NCBI RefSeq assembly: GCF_000007145.1
Contig: NC_003902.1
Location: 2,426,497-2,458,496, forward strand
Direction of reading: 5' to 3'
Origin: Xanthomonas campestris pv. campestris str. ATCC 33913
GTDB taxonomy: Bacteria; Pseudomonadota; Gammaproteobacteria; Xanthomonadales; Xanthomonadaceae
Length of the DNA: 32,000 nucleotides
The notes beneath the pieces were generated by a model. It was not told where the DNA came from and did not search any database. It saw only the letters and a program-made list of their open reading frames with translations. Shown one piece after another: positions 16,087-25,553 of this stretch (positions within the stretch are counted from its first letter, which is position 1; the number at the start of each line of letters is the position of its first letter). The translations under genes were made by a program, and so were the position numbers.

Positions 16087-17409
16087 CTACATCTGCAACG
16101 TGGTGGCCGGCGTGCTGGTGCTTGAACTGTAACCCTTGTTGTCCGGGAACGTGCCTTGGGTGCGCGGTCCGTACTCGATCACGCCGCCGCGCACCTGGTC
16201 GCGGTCAGCGCCGCCGCCGTCACTCCCTGCGGTCGCAACGCCAGCAGCGCCGCCGCTCCCGTCTGGGGCCATGTTGTAAAGCCGTGCGTCCTTCTCACGA
16301 ATGGGCGCGGTCCAGGGCCACGCGGTGGCCACCATGATGTGCTTGCCGGCCGAAAGACGCACGCCATACGTGACGACGCTGACGCTGTAACCCAGGGCGC
16401 GCAACTGCGACAGATCCAACTCCTCCACGACGTTGTTGCTCGCGTCAATCCACTGAATCCACGCACGGTCCTGATCACCTACGCGCGCCCGCGCGGAGAG
16501 CCGAATGCGGCCCTTGTCGGCAAGCTGAGCCACATAGCGCTGCTCTTGCGTGAGGTCTGCGAGCGGATCAGGCGGAGGCGGCTGAATCGGCACACTCGGC
16601 GCACCGTTAGCAAACCCCGCGCCAACGTGCGTGGGTTTGGTGGTCTGGCTGGCAGATGCCATAGGCTTGTTGGGATCGGCGCGATCCTTGGTGAAATAGT
16701 GCATGAAGAAGTAGATGCCGACCCCGCCGAGTGTGAGGAAGATGGCAGCGCGCACAGCCATCGCGGCCCAGACGTTTTTACCGCCCTCCTCGTAAACCTC
16801 GGTGTTCTCGGCACCAGGCGCATAGCCGTCATAGAGCGGAAAAATGGCCGGGTCGTACTTGAGCGTTTGACCGCCGACCTTCTCAAACTTGCCCGGTGAG
16901 GTCGTGTGGAAATACGTCACGCGATAGCGGCCCTTCATGCCGATAGCGGTGAGCTTCTGGAACGTGTTTTTCTTCTCGATGCGCGCCTTGACCGCCGAGT
17001 GCAAGCGGTTGATCCATTGCGTCATGATCACGGCATCGCCGCCGTTCTGGCCAAGCAGCGCCCAAAAATTCTCGACGGCCGGCGCGAGCGGCTTGCGCTC
17101 GTTGACGTAGAACTCATGCACCTCATCGATCACAACCAATGCGTCTTTGAACTCGTCCGGGATACACCACTTGCCCGACTCGTCCTGCGTGCACGCAAAC
17201 AACTTCGACACGTCCTTGGTGTCCACCAGCACAAGCAAGTGCTGAACATCATTCTCCGCCATGCCCAGGTGCTTGGCGATGCGGTCAAAGCGCAACCCAT
17301 TCAATCGCGCAAACACACGACGCCCCTTTTTGAGCGCCGGAAGAATGTGATTCTTTACCGCGTCGTAACTCTTGCCGGCACGCGGCACACCTTCATTGAA
17401 TACGAGCAT
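16087..17409 (-). CDS. zot: Zot / gene I-like assembly ATPase (copy 2)
   Basis: The translation is identical to 13137-14459. Confidence 0.85.
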   Translation of the reverse strand: MLVFNEGVPRAGKSYDAVKNHILPALKKGRRVFARLNGLRFDRIAKHLGMAENDVQHLLVLVDTKDVSKLFACTQDESGKWCIPDEFKDALVVIDEVHEFYVNERKPLAPAVENFWALLGQNGGDAVIMTQWINRLHSAVKARIEKKNTFQKLTAIGMKGRYRVTYFHTTSPGKFEKVGGQTLKYDPAIFPLYDGYAPGAENTEVYEEGGKNVWAAMAVRAAIFLTLGGVGIYFFMHYFTKDRADPNKPMASASQTTKPTHVGAGFANGAPSVPIQPPPPDPLADLTQEQRYVAQLADKGRIRLSARARVGDQDRAWIQWIDASNNVVEELDLSQLRALGYSVSVVTYGVRLSAGKHIMVATAWPWTAPIREKDARLYNMAPDGSGGAAGVATAGSDGGGADRDQVRGGVIEYGPRTQGTFPDNKGYSSSTSTPATTLQM

Positions 17410-17410
17410 G

Positions 17411-17731
17411 TCACCAAATCCCGAGCGTCAGCACGCGGCGAAGGAGAAAAAAAATCATGGCCGCGCCGATCATCACCAGCGCCGGACCAATCATGAATAC
17501 ATCGGCAAACCACAAGATGGTGCTACCCGCATTACCGAGCATGCCGCCAATGCTCTGCCCCTTCATGAAGTCGGGCATGGGCAGCAACGTCAGCACATAG
17601 AGAATTGCCGACAGCGACTGTTCCAGCCACATCACAAACAAGTCGCCCACAAAATCGACAATCGCCTGCCACACCATCTTGACCGCACGCCACAGCCACG
17701 CGGTCAAATCGTTGAACCAACCTGCTTGCAT
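17411..17731 (-). CDS. Gene VI-like minor coat protein (copy 2)
   Basis: The translation is identical to 12815-13135. Confidence 0.6.
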   Translation of the reverse strand: MQAGWFNDLTAWLWRAVKMVWQAIVDFVGDLFVMWLEQSLSAILYVLTLLPMPDFMKGQSIGGMLGNAGSTILWFADVFMIGPALVMIGAAMIFFLLRRVLTLGIW

Positions 17732-17741
17732 AGCGTCGCCC

Positions 17742-18800
17742 TCAGGTCACAGCAATGCGAATTGCGGCGTACGCAGCAATGGCGAGAATCACCCAGCCAG
17801 CCGCGCGCAAAAACGCCAGGAAATCGCCGCCACAGTGAAAATTGATCGTCATGGCGTCCCACCACTTCGACGCACCCAGCGAGAACACAGGACACGATCC
17901 GCCGGAGGGTACTTTCATGAAATCGCCGATACCGGCCACCATGGGCGTGCCGCGCACCTGCGTATTGAATTTGCTCAGCACAGACTCAACAGTCTTGCCA
18001 CTTTTCTTGTAGAGCTCAGACATGGGTGCGCCCTCGCCGCCTTCCTCGCCATCACCGTCGCCGGGAAGCGTTCCGCCATCACCATCACCATCGCCATCAC
18101 CGTCGCCGTCGCCATCACCGTCACCATCGCCATCGCCATCACCACCGCCGTCACCATCTCCACCGCCGTCTCCACCACCATCTCCACCGCCGTCTCCACC
18201 GCCGTCTCCACCGCCGTCTCCACCGCCATCGCCGCCACCGTCTCCACCACCATCGCCGCCACCGTCTCCACCACCATCATCATCGCCATCACCACCGTCA
18301 TCGATAGGAGGCGCTGCATCATCCGTAGTGCACGTGGCGCCACTAGGCACATAGGTGTAGCCCTTGGGGCCACCAGCATCGACGGCATACGTGTAGTAGC
18401 AGCCATCGTTGCAAACGTCAGATGGCGTGGGTGCTGTCGGATTAGTCCAGCCGCTTTGGGACGGTCGCTTTGCACAGGTAGCAGTGTCCGGATACGTGGC
18501 ATTGCCGGTGCCAATATCGAGGTCATACCCGATCCCGCATGTGTCGCCGGGATAGGTCATGCGCTGCGAGAAAACGCCAGGACCAGAAGACACCGCACGG
18601 ATGGATTTCATACGACACACCGAAAGATCAGCAGGCACACCCATGGAAGACGCCTTCGCGAATGCCTCTCCCTGATCGCTACAGGCCCACGAACCGTTAT
18701 TTGCAGACGTTGATGGCTCAGTCTGCACGCACGTAGCATGCACGATAGGAGAGAACGTGAGCGCTAAAAGAATCAGCATTGCCAACGAAACGCGAATCAC
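17742..18800 (-). CDS. Gene III-like adsorption protein (copy 2)
   Basis: The translation is identical to 11746-12804, including the repeat length. The GTG start is at 18800. Confidence 0.75.
   Translation of the reverse strand: MIRVSLAMLILLALTFSPIVHATCVQTEPSTSANNGSWACSDQGEAFAKASSMGVPADLSVCRMKSIRAVSSGPGVFSQRMTYPGDTCGIGYDLDIGTGNATYPDTATCAKRPSQSGWTNPTAPTPSDVCNDGCYYTYAVDAGGPKGYTYVPSGATCTTDDAAPPIDDGGDGDDDGGGDGGGDGGGDGGGDGGGDGGGDGGGDGGGDGGGDGGGDGDGGGDGDGDGDGDGDGDGDGDGDGDGGTLPGDGDGEEGGEGAPMSELYKKSGKTVESVLSKFNTQVRGTPMVAGIGDFMKVPSGGSCPVFSLGASKWWDAMTINFHCGGDFLAFLRAAGWVILAIAAYAAIRIAVT
18072..18302 (-). repeat. Gly/Asp-coding tandem repeats inside gIII-like copy 2
   Basis: It is the mirror of 12244-12474. 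Confidence 0.9.
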
Positions 18801-18871
18801 GCGTCCAACCCCTTGACGCCTGCCCAACCGCACAGCGCGCCCATGAATCCACAGAACAACAAAATAATCAT
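18797..18871 (-). CDS. Possible 24-aa hydrophobic minor coat protein (copy 2)
   Basis: It is the mirror of 11675-11749. Confidence 0.35.
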   Translation of the reverse strand: MIILLFCGFMGALCGWAGVKGLDA

Positions 18872-18929
18872 CGCCCCACCCCAGAAAGAGAGAGGGCGAC
18901 ACCGAAGCGCCGCCCTGCCCTCACCACCA

Positions 18930-19058
18930 TTAGCCGAAGAAGCTTGCAACCTTCTTGGCACCCCACTTGGTGAAGCCCACCAAGGCAATGATTGCGGCCG
19001 CTGCGATCATCGCGGTAGCAGCTTCAGCACCGCTCACGCCAGTCAGAATGTCACCCAT
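18930..19058 (-). CDS. Major coat protein (gene VIII-like, 42 aa, copy 2)
   Basis: It is the mirror of 11488-11616. CAT at 19056-19058 confirms the start. Confidence 0.8.
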   Translation of the reverse strand: MGDILTGVSGAEAATAMIAAAAIIALVGFTKWGAKKVASFFG

Positions 19059-19085
19059 GTTGTCTCTCCTATTTGATTGATTGAT

Positions 19086-19337
19086 TTACCGGTCGTTGAA
19101 CATGCCCGCGACGCTGCCGGCAAGGCGCCCCAGGACGAACCACACGATCACCAGGCCACAGCAGCCGGTGGACCACGCTACGGCGTCCTCCTGGCTGGGC
19201 ATTGCGAACGCTTCTTGCACCAGCGCATACACGCTGTATTCGCTACCACTGACGAGCACGTAGCCGCTGCACTCGCCGACCGATTGGCCGGTGGGCACCA
19301 ACGTGCCATCCACTTGCAGGGCTACGCACATCGCCAT
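19086..19337 (-). CDS. Hypothetical small phage protein (83 aa, copy 2)
   Basis: The translation is identical to 11209-11460. Confidence 0.45.
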   Translation of the reverse strand: MAMCVALQVDGTLVPTGQSVGECSGYVLVSGSEYSVYALVQEAFAMPSQEDAVAWSTGCCGLVIVWFVLGRLAGSVAGMFNDR

Positions 19338-19340
19338 GAA

Positions 19341-19637
19341 TCACCCGACCTTTGCGGGCTGCTGTTGCAGCTTCGCAGTGAGGTCCGGAATCAGACGAAT
19401 GCGACGGCCGAACTCGAGACCGCCGAATTTATTGTTCTGCAACGACTTGGGATCGATGATGTAGAAGCCCTCGCCATACGGCGGTTGATCCTCGTCCAGA
19501 CCGATGGTGAACGGCAGTGGGAAATCGCCCTCACGCAGCACAGCGGCGGTCTGCTCACGGAAATGCGTCGCGGGCTTACCCTCGCGCGCGGGGAACGAAC
19601 GAACAGCGACAGCGGAACTCATGATCTGCACTTTCAT
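19341..19637 (-). CDS. ssDNA-binding protein (gene V-like, copy 2)
   Basis: It is the mirror of 10909-11205. Confidence 0.6.
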
Positions 19638-20752
19638 AGTTGGACTACCTTCCAGGCGAATGTCCGGCCGAAAATGAATGTGACTTTCCACGGAGACGGC
19701 CAGAACTCTCCGGTAAGCCTGTCGAACCATCCGCCCTTTGCTTTGCGGATATCCGCTTCCCCGCCGAGAGCTTCACGCGCGTCTTTGGGTGCTTTCCACC
19801 AGCGCAATTCGCGCTTGGATTCGGTGTTGAGTCCACCGCAGCCGTGTGTGCGAAATCCCTTGGGAAAAGCAGCAGCTGTAATGGCGGTGAACTTGCTTGC
19901 GTATTTGGCGAGATAGCCGACGCAGTTGCGGGCCTTCTCGATTTGGCTGCTGCCATGGGGCCACCATCCGCGTTGATCGACCTTGCCAAAAAACATGCCC
20001 TGAGGCACCCACAACATCACGTGGTAGTGCGGTCGGAATCGTTGGGTGAGCTCTCCGACCCATACGTAACGAAAGCTTTCACGGTTCCACCGTGCGCGCC
20101 CAGATTTAAGGCGATTGAAGTGGCCGCGCATGCGTTTAAATAGTTCGCTAACGTCACGAGGGCTGCTGTCGCTTCCATCACGGTAGGTGAGCGTGAGGAA
20201 ATACCACGCACCACGGAAGGAGCCTTTTTTCGCTTCCTGGTCATGCAGACGTGCTCCGGTAATCACGGACTTGCGCAGCCGTTGCGCCCGCGCTTGTAGC
20301 GGGTCAATTTCGATGGTCACGGTGCCGGTTGTAGAGGCCCGCGTGTCACTTGTTTTGTAATGGACAAGCCCAAGGGCCAGCGCTGCGCGCTGGCCCTCAG
20401 CGGTCAACGCGATCGGATGGGCAGCGTCGAACTCACGCACGCTTGTGCCGACCACACGCTTGTTCTTTTGGATCTTCTCTGCGGCAATTTCAGTGCGGCG
20501 CGTAGCGGCCTGCATGACGCCGACAGATGCATCAAACGCCGATAGCTCACGCGATTGCGTGGGCTGTTCCTGCATGCGGATGCGTGCATTCTTCGACGTG
20601 CAAGAAACGCAGAGGCCACCGGGGAAAAAGTAGACGGTGGTGTCACCGCAGAACGAGCATGTGCCGTCAGCCACGTAGCACCTCGCGATATGCGATTGCG
20701 ACCAGCGCGGCTTGCTCAATTTGCGCGACCATCGCGGCGTGCTTGCGATCAC
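19634..20752 (-). CDS. Rolling-circle replication initiator (copy 2, N-terminal variant)
   Basis: It matches 9794-10912 except for substitutions in the first ~118 codons (for example D26Y, EP37-38DT, P118A). An alternative GTG start is at 20674. Confidence 0.8.
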
Positions 20753-20834
20753 GCACCCAGCAGGCGAGACGGACTAACCCGAAGCCAACGGTCAGCGCGG
20801 AGGCGCTGAGCAGTGCGAGTGCGTGTGTGTCCAT
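20667..20834 (-). CDS. Small hydrophobic phage protein (55 aa, copy 2)
   Basis: It is the mirror of 9712-9879 with two substitutions (G25C, R53L). Confidence 0.45.
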   Translation of the reverse strand: MDTHALALLSASALTVGFGLVRLACWVRDRKHAAMVAQIEQAALVAIAYREVLRG

Positions 20835-20918
20835 GAAGCCCCTATCCCCTGCCCCTTGACGCGGACCCCGGAGGGGAGCCGGGGGCGCGGTGTCATACGG
20901 CGTAGGACACGAGGCGCA

Positions 20919-20947
20919 TGTAACATGAAGCAGGACACTTCTGTCAA
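20919..20947 (-). promoter_or_regulatory. Putative promoter of the Rep/structural operon of prophage 2 (TTGACA-N17-GTTACA on the minus strand)
   Basis: It has the same geometry as 9598-9626. It lies 13 bp from the divergent repressor-2 GTG. Confidence 0.4.
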
Positions 20948-20959
20948 ACGGTATATGAC

Positions 20960-21424
20960 GTGGACACCATAAATAAATTGCTTGACACAGCGCGAAAAGC
21001 ATGCTCGCGCGACTCAGACAACAGCGTTGCGCTGTCGCTTGGCGTGTCGCGGAATTCGGTTTCCGTGTGGCGCAAAGGCGGAAAAATCACCGACGCACAT
21101 CTGATGGCGCTTATCGACCTGGCACAGGCTGACCCTGCGCTAGCAGTGAAAGTGCGAGAGGAAGAAGCCGGATCGGCCGTCGAACGCAAGGCGTGGAGTG
21201 CGCTGTGGGACAGACTGTCCCCGGTCACTACGGTGATCGGGGGCCTGGTCCTGGCAATCGGCATGATGCCGGCGACGGGTCGGACGAAAGGCCTTGATAT
21301 TCAACAGCTTGCACGGGTTGACGGCGCATATTCTGTATATTATGTCATAATAACGCCTGCAGGAGCATCAGTTCAAACCATTGCGTACGACAACCCAGTC
21401 AAAGCCGTCAGATGGCCGCAGTAA
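20960..21424 (+). CDS. Putative phage immunity repressor 2 (HTH N-terminus, hydrophobic C-terminal segment). The 3' end reads through att site C.
   Basis: It has a GTG start and an HTH-like segment (SDNSVALSLGVSRNSVSVWRKGG). ERKAWSALWDRLS is followed by the hydrophobic helix VTTVIGGLVLAIGMM. Codons GAYSVYYVII are encoded by site C. The last 52 nt overlap the convergent TraX-like gene. Confidence 0.6.
   Translation: MDTINKLLDTARKACSRDSDNSVALSLGVSRNSVSVWRKGGKITDAHLMALIDLAQADPALAVKVREEEAGSAVERKAWSALWDRLSPVTTVIGGLVLAIGMMPATGRTKGLDIQQLARVDGAYSVYYVIITPAGASVQTIAYDNPVKAVRWPQ
21323..21350 (+). other. XerCD-type hybrid att site C: GGCGCATATTC-TGTATA-TTATGTCATAA (phage arm + centre + dif XerD arm)
   Basis: I read this directly. 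The right 14 nt match the XerD side of site B (TGTATATTATGTCA). Confidence 0.7.
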
Positions 21425-22023
21425 TACATGTAGAACGCTCTACCCGTCCGCGGGATGGCCCATGACAGGTAAGCCAAACCTGCAACCGGCAGCGCAAGCA
21501 GCGGCCACAACGTCCGGTTCACCAAGCACAAGAGCACTAGCGGAATCACCAAGAGCACAACAACCGACACTGCCCTTGGCCATCGCCAGCCCGCTGGATT
21601 GCGCCAGAACAGCCAGGCACCGAGTACAACAGCCAGCCCGTTCCACCGATAGTCAACCAGGTAAGGTGCCGGCAACAGGCAGAACGCCAACACAATCCAT
21701 TTTCGTTCTTCGATCGCACGAATACAGACAGCTGCCAATGCGAAGGACAAGAGAATATTGAGCGGCAGTGCCCGATTGAATGCGATCGCCGCAATCGGTG
21801 TCGCAACGAGTCCCCACAGGAACAAACGCTTGATCAACTTGGCGACATCAGCACCCGGCTGCGCCAAATTGTAGGCAAACACCAGTGCGAACAATGGAAA
21901 TGCCACGCGGCCCAGTTCTGCAATGACCGGCATATAGCCCAGGTGCAAAATCTTCAAGGTGTGGTCGCCTGTCATAAACAGCAGCGCGAGCCACTTCACC
22001 AATTCACGGCCTCCGCTTGTCAT
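21373..22023 (-). CDS. TraX-family membrane protein
   Basis: A 216-aa polytopic membrane protein with an N-terminal LVKWLALLFMTGDH motif typical of the TraX family. The family is from memory. Confidence 0.55.
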   Translation of the reverse strand: MTSGGRELVKWLALLFMTGDHTLKILHLGYMPVIAELGRVAFPLFALVFAYNLAQPGADVAKLIKRLFLWGLVATPIAAIAFNRALPLNILLSFALAAVCIRAIEERKWIVLAFCLLPAPYLVDYRWNGLAVVLGAWLFWRNPAGWRWPRAVSVVVLLVIPLVLLCLVNRTLWPLLALPVAGLAYLSWAIPRTGRAFYMYYCGHLTALTGLSYAMV

Positions 22024-22151
22024 GCGATCCCTCCTTGTTCGACGACGGCTCGATGAGCTAATGCGGATTTACTGATCAATTTATCTAACTCTGGAGCTGC
22101 CAGCAGTTCTGCAGCACCGGCCACCAATCCCAGCCATTCTTTGCAGCCCTG

Positions 22152-23945
22152 CTATCTCACAGCCCCATTGTCTTCCTGCAACTCCCGCTTGAACGGCACA
22201 TCCGGTGGCGGCCTTGCGGTGGCTGGTTGATCGTTGAGATTCGGGTCGCTCAGGCCGCAGCCGCCGCCGAATTGCAGCAACGACACCACGCAGCTGATCT
22301 TGGTCGTGGTGCCGGGAATGGGAATTTCGATCTTCTTCAATCCGCGCCGCACCCATTCCTGCAGCAGCGTCTGGTTCGGCATCCAATACTTGTCCAGCGA
22401 CGTCGGCGTGTAACCGTACGGCGGCCGCTTGAGCCAGGTGCCGCCTTGCGCAATCTGGTCACGCGTCCAGGTGTCGGTATCGCTGCCCGGCGGGCCGCGA
22501 TCGCCAGCGCCATTGCCGGCCTCGCCACCGGCGGCAACCCGCACGCTGCCGTCGTTGTTGAACATGCCGTCGCGTTTGCCATCGGCACCGGTTGCCTGCC
22601 CGGGACGGTCGCGGGTCGATTTGCTCCAGTCGTCCGCGTTGGCCGCCACATCCCATCCGCCACTGCGATCAACCGGTTTCGGGCCGGCACCGCTGCTGGC
22701 CGCCGGCTTGCTGGATGCAGCGGCCGCTGACGCCGGTTTCGCAGATTGCGCAGCCGTCTGCTGGTTGGTCTGATTAGCGGCTGACGGCGCGCTGGAAGGT
22801 GCCGGCGCCGCAGGCGCTATGGGTACCGCCGCGTCCGAAGGCGTCTGCACGACTGTCGGTTGCGCCGGGGGTGTCTGCGCCGGCGTCGGCTGTGGCGCCG
22901 GGTCCGGCACGTTCGGCAGCTCCGCAGCACGCACCGCCAGCTCGGGCATGCGAACCGTGGGAACCAACTCACGTGCACGCACTGTGGGCGCGGTGACCCT
23001 AGCCTGTTCGGGCACGACGATCTCGCGCTCGCGCACGGTGGGTGCCGCGGCAGCGCGCACGGCAACGGCGGCAGTCGGTTGCTGCAGTTCGCGCACCTGT
23101 GGCCGCTCGGTAACCGTCTGGATCTCGCGCTGGCGTACCTGCGGTGCAGCCGGCTCGATCGGGCGTGGCGCCACAGTGATGGTGGGCGGTGGCGGGACGA
23201 CGAAATCCGTGGTCGGCACCGGTGTTTCAGTCACCTGCAGCGGCGATTCCAGCGTGACCTGCGGCACCTGCACACGGATCTGCGGGATATCGGGCGTACT
23301 GGGTTCCGCCGCCGCAGCCACAACAAGTTCGGGCGCGACGTCCGGCACGTCGGCTGCCGGCTCCACTGGCTCGGCCACTGTGGATGCGGTGCTTGCCGGC
23401 GACGCTGCTGCTGACGACGCGGCTGCCGCAGATGCCGCCGCTTGCTGAGCGCCAGATGCCGCTGTGGCTGGCGCAGCGTCCGCGGCCGGCTCGCCTTCGC
23501 CACCGCCCTGATCTGCGGCGCCCTCGCCTACATAGGTCAGGCGCACCCGCGCCTCGTCGCCCTGTTTGGTGTCGTCCGGGGCCCAGCGCACGCTGACCAC
23601 CCACAGCAACAAGGCGATAAATCCCAGGTGGATCAGCGCACTGCCGAGTACAGCCCCCCAGTGCAGCGGGCGCTCGTCGCGCGGGCGCGGGTCCCAGTGT
23701 TGCCACCACAGGCTGCGGAATGCCTGGAACGGACTCAGTCTTCCCGCCATGCCGTCTCGAGGTCGCGGCGCAGGACGCGCCAACAGCGCGTCCGTCAGTT
23801 GGTCGTCATCAAACCGTGCTGGCGTACCCAGCCGCCCCCGCATCCAGATGCCCCAGCCATAGGGCAACCCGGTCCGCCGATCCAGAATGAGCTTGCCCGG
23901 CATGCGCGCCAACAGCGCCTGCAGGAGATCGGCAGCGGTTGTCAC
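22152..23945 (-). CDS. Pro/Ala-rich repetitive transmembrane protein (597 aa), unknown function
   Basis: It has a TM helix (WGAVLGSALIHLGFIALLLWVV) and a long A/P/T/V-rich region with repeated xVRxRE[IL] units. The C-terminal domain is globular-looking. It starts 13 bp downstream of the nfuA stop on the same strand. Confidence 0.6.
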   Translation of the reverse strand: MTTAADLLQALLARMPGKLILDRRTGLPYGWGIWMRGRLGTPARFDDDQLTDALLARPAPRPRDGMAGRLSPFQAFRSLWWQHWDPRPRDERPLHWGAVLGSALIHLGFIALLLWVVSVRWAPDDTKQGDEARVRLTYVGEGAADQGGGEGEPAADAAPATAASGAQQAAASAAAASSAAASPASTASTVAEPVEPAADVPDVAPELVVAAAAEPSTPDIPQIRVQVPQVTLESPLQVTETPVPTTDFVVPPPPTITVAPRPIEPAAPQVRQREIQTVTERPQVRELQQPTAAVAVRAAAAPTVREREIVVPEQARVTAPTVRARELVPTVRMPELAVRAAELPNVPDPAPQPTPAQTPPAQPTVVQTPSDAAVPIAPAAPAPSSAPSAANQTNQQTAAQSAKPASAAAASSKPAASSGAGPKPVDRSGGWDVAANADDWSKSTRDRPGQATGADGKRDGMFNNDGSVRVAAGGEAGNGAGDRGPPGSDTDTWTRDQIAQGGTWLKRPPYGYTPTSLDKYWMPNQTLLQEWVRRGLKKIEIPIPGTTTKISCVVSLLQFGGGCGLSDPNLNDQPATARPPPDVPFKRELQEDNGAVR

Positions 23946-23958
23946 CGGTGGTGCGGAA

Positions 23959-24558
23959 TCAGGCCGCGCTGTCGCGCGGAATGTAAGGCGCGTCGCCAGT
24001 GGCGTGATCGGTCGCGTCGCGCACGGCGATTACGCCGGGCAGGCGCCCCATCAAGGTCTTCTCGATGCCCTGCTTCAAGGTGACATCGGCCATGCCGCAG
24101 CCGTGGCAGCCGCCGCCGAAGCGCAGCAACACCACGCCCTCGGCCGAGACTTCCTGCACCGCGACGCGCCCGCCATGCGAGGCCAGCTGCGGGTTGATCT
24201 CGTTCTCTACCACCCAGCGCACGCGTTCCACCATCGACGCCGACTCAGCCGGTGCCTCGCCCTTGATCTTGGGCGCCTTGATGGTGAGTTGCTGGTTGCC
24301 GGTGGACTGGGTGACGTAGTCGATCTCGGCGCCATCCATCCACGGCACGCTGGCGGCCACGACATACAAGGTGAAGCCATCGCAATCGATGGCCCATTCG
24401 TCGCCGGACAAGTCGGCCGGCTCGGCGAACTCGAGTTTGGCGTCTGCACGCGGGGTGCCCGCGTCCACCGCGCTCAGGCGCACGCCCATGCCGGGCACAC
24501 CCTCGCGCTCGATGAGCTTGCGGAAATAGGTCTGGGCTTTGTCGGATATCTGGATCAT
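23959..24558 (-). CDS. nfuA: Fe-S cluster biogenesis protein NfuA
   Basis: From the ATG at 24558 it reads [15 protein letters not shown]..., with a C-terminal Nfu domain ([20 protein letters not shown]). It is collinear with E. coli NfuA. Confidence 0.85.
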   Translation of the reverse strand: MIQISDKAQTYFRKLIEREGVPGMGVRLSAVDAGTPRADAKLEFAEPADLSGDEWAIDCDGFTLYVVAASVPWMDGAEIDYVTQSTGNQQLTIKAPKIKGEAPAESASMVERVRWVVENEINPQLASHGGRVAVQEVSAEGVVLLRFGGGCHGCGMADVTLKQGIEKTLMGRLPGVIAVRDATDHATGDAPYIPRDSAA

Positions 24559-24650
24559 GCGGGTTATTCTACCGCTCAATGCGCCCCCGCTCATGGAACA
24601 CCGTGATCCTGGTGGGTGCTTCTGTTCGCCACTTCGCGAGGCCGCCTGTC

Positions 24651-25007
24651 ATGACCGATCTCATCCCCCTGGAACAGGCCCATTGCCTGCCCCGCAAGGG
24701 CAGTGACCACAAGCTGGGCGAAGCCCGCCTGGCCGAGCTGTTGCCCCAGGTCCCCGGCTGGGAGCTGGCCGAAGCCGGCATGGCCATCACACGCACATTT
24801 CGCTTCGCCGACTATTACCGCACCCTCGCCTTCGTCAATGCGCTGGCCTGGATCGCCCACCGCGAAGACCACCATCCGGACCTGGGCGTGCATTACGACC
24901 GCGTGGTGGTGCGCTATTCCACCCATGACGTGGGCGGGCTGAGCGAGAACGACTTCATCTGCGCGGCCAAGGTAGCGCAGCTCTTCGATCAAGGAATCAC
25001 CGCATGA
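24651..25007 (+). CDS. phhB: Pterin-4-alpha-carbinolamine dehydratase
   Basis: The ATG is at 24651 and the product is 118 aa. It has the EDHHPD...V.....THD signature ([25 protein letters not shown]). Confidence 0.8.
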   Translation: MTDLIPLEQAHCLPRKGSDHKLGEARLAELLPQVPGWELAEAGMAITRTFRFADYYRTLAFVNALAWIAHREDHHPDLGVHYDRVVVRYSTHDVGGLSENDFICAAKVAQLFDQGITA

Positions 25008-25426
25008 ACCAGTATCGCGCCCTGCTTGCCGGCCTGTGCGTCGCCGGCGCCCTCGTCGGCTGCGGCAAGCCATCGCAGGAGGCCGCCACGCCCGGCGTGG
25101 CTCCCACCGAGTTGGCCGCCCTGAAGACGCCCCCGCCTGAATACTCACCGCAGCTGGCCTGTGTAGGAATCGGTGGCAAGACGGTGCTGCGTGTGGTGGT
25201 TGGCCCGCAAGGCTCCCCTACCGATGTCACCGTCGCCCAGAGCAGCGGCCAGCCGGTGTTGGATGAGGCGGCGCAGACGCGCGTGCGCGAGTGGCAGTTC
25301 AAGGCCGCCACCCGCAATGGACAGCCGGTGCCGCAGACCATCCAGGTGCCGGTGGACTTCAAGCCGCCGGTCCCCAAGCCTGACGAATGCTTCGCCATCG
25401 AAGAGCGCGCCCGCCGCGGCGGCTGA
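25004..25426 (+). CDS. TonB C-terminal-domain lipoprotein
   Basis: The ATG overlaps the phhB stop (ATGA). There is a lipobox (LVGC). The C-terminal part resembles the TonB C-domain ([42 protein letters not shown]). Confidence 0.65.
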   Translation: MNQYRALLAGLCVAGALVGCGKPSQEAATPGVAPTELAALKTPPPEYSPQLACVGIGGKTVLRVVVGPQGSPTDVTVAQSSGQPVLDEAAQTRVREWQFKAATRNGQPVPQTIQVPVDFKPPVPKPDECFAIEERARRGG

Positions 25427-25553
25427 CCACCACGCATCCATCATCGCGCCATGGCCATCCTGCGCCAGCGGATGGCCGAGCGCAGACACGCGCAGCTGAA
25501 CTCGCCACGCACTCCGCCGGATCGCCATTCTTTTCGACGAGGTCGTTGCGTCA

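Larger units (their letters stand above)
15689..20896 (-). repeat. Right arm of the ~5.2 kb inverted repeat
   Basis: It is the reverse complement of 9650-14857. Confidence 0.9.
15264..21339 (-). mobile_element. Inovirus prophage 2 (~6.08 kb), inverted relative to prophage 1
   Basis: It is the mirror image of prophage 1 (x <-> 30546-x), with its own DUF3653-like and repressor modules. It is bounded by sites B and C. Confidence 0.85.

Noticed and set aside
9650-20896. The whole mirror structure as a simple fold-back assembly artefact
   Set aside because: This cannot be excluded without reads, but the two halves are not a pure palindrome. The end modules encode different proteins. The 9.65-10.15 kb region carries many substitutions. 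The dif-like centre (15266/15267) is offset by ~6.5 bp from the symmetry point (15273).
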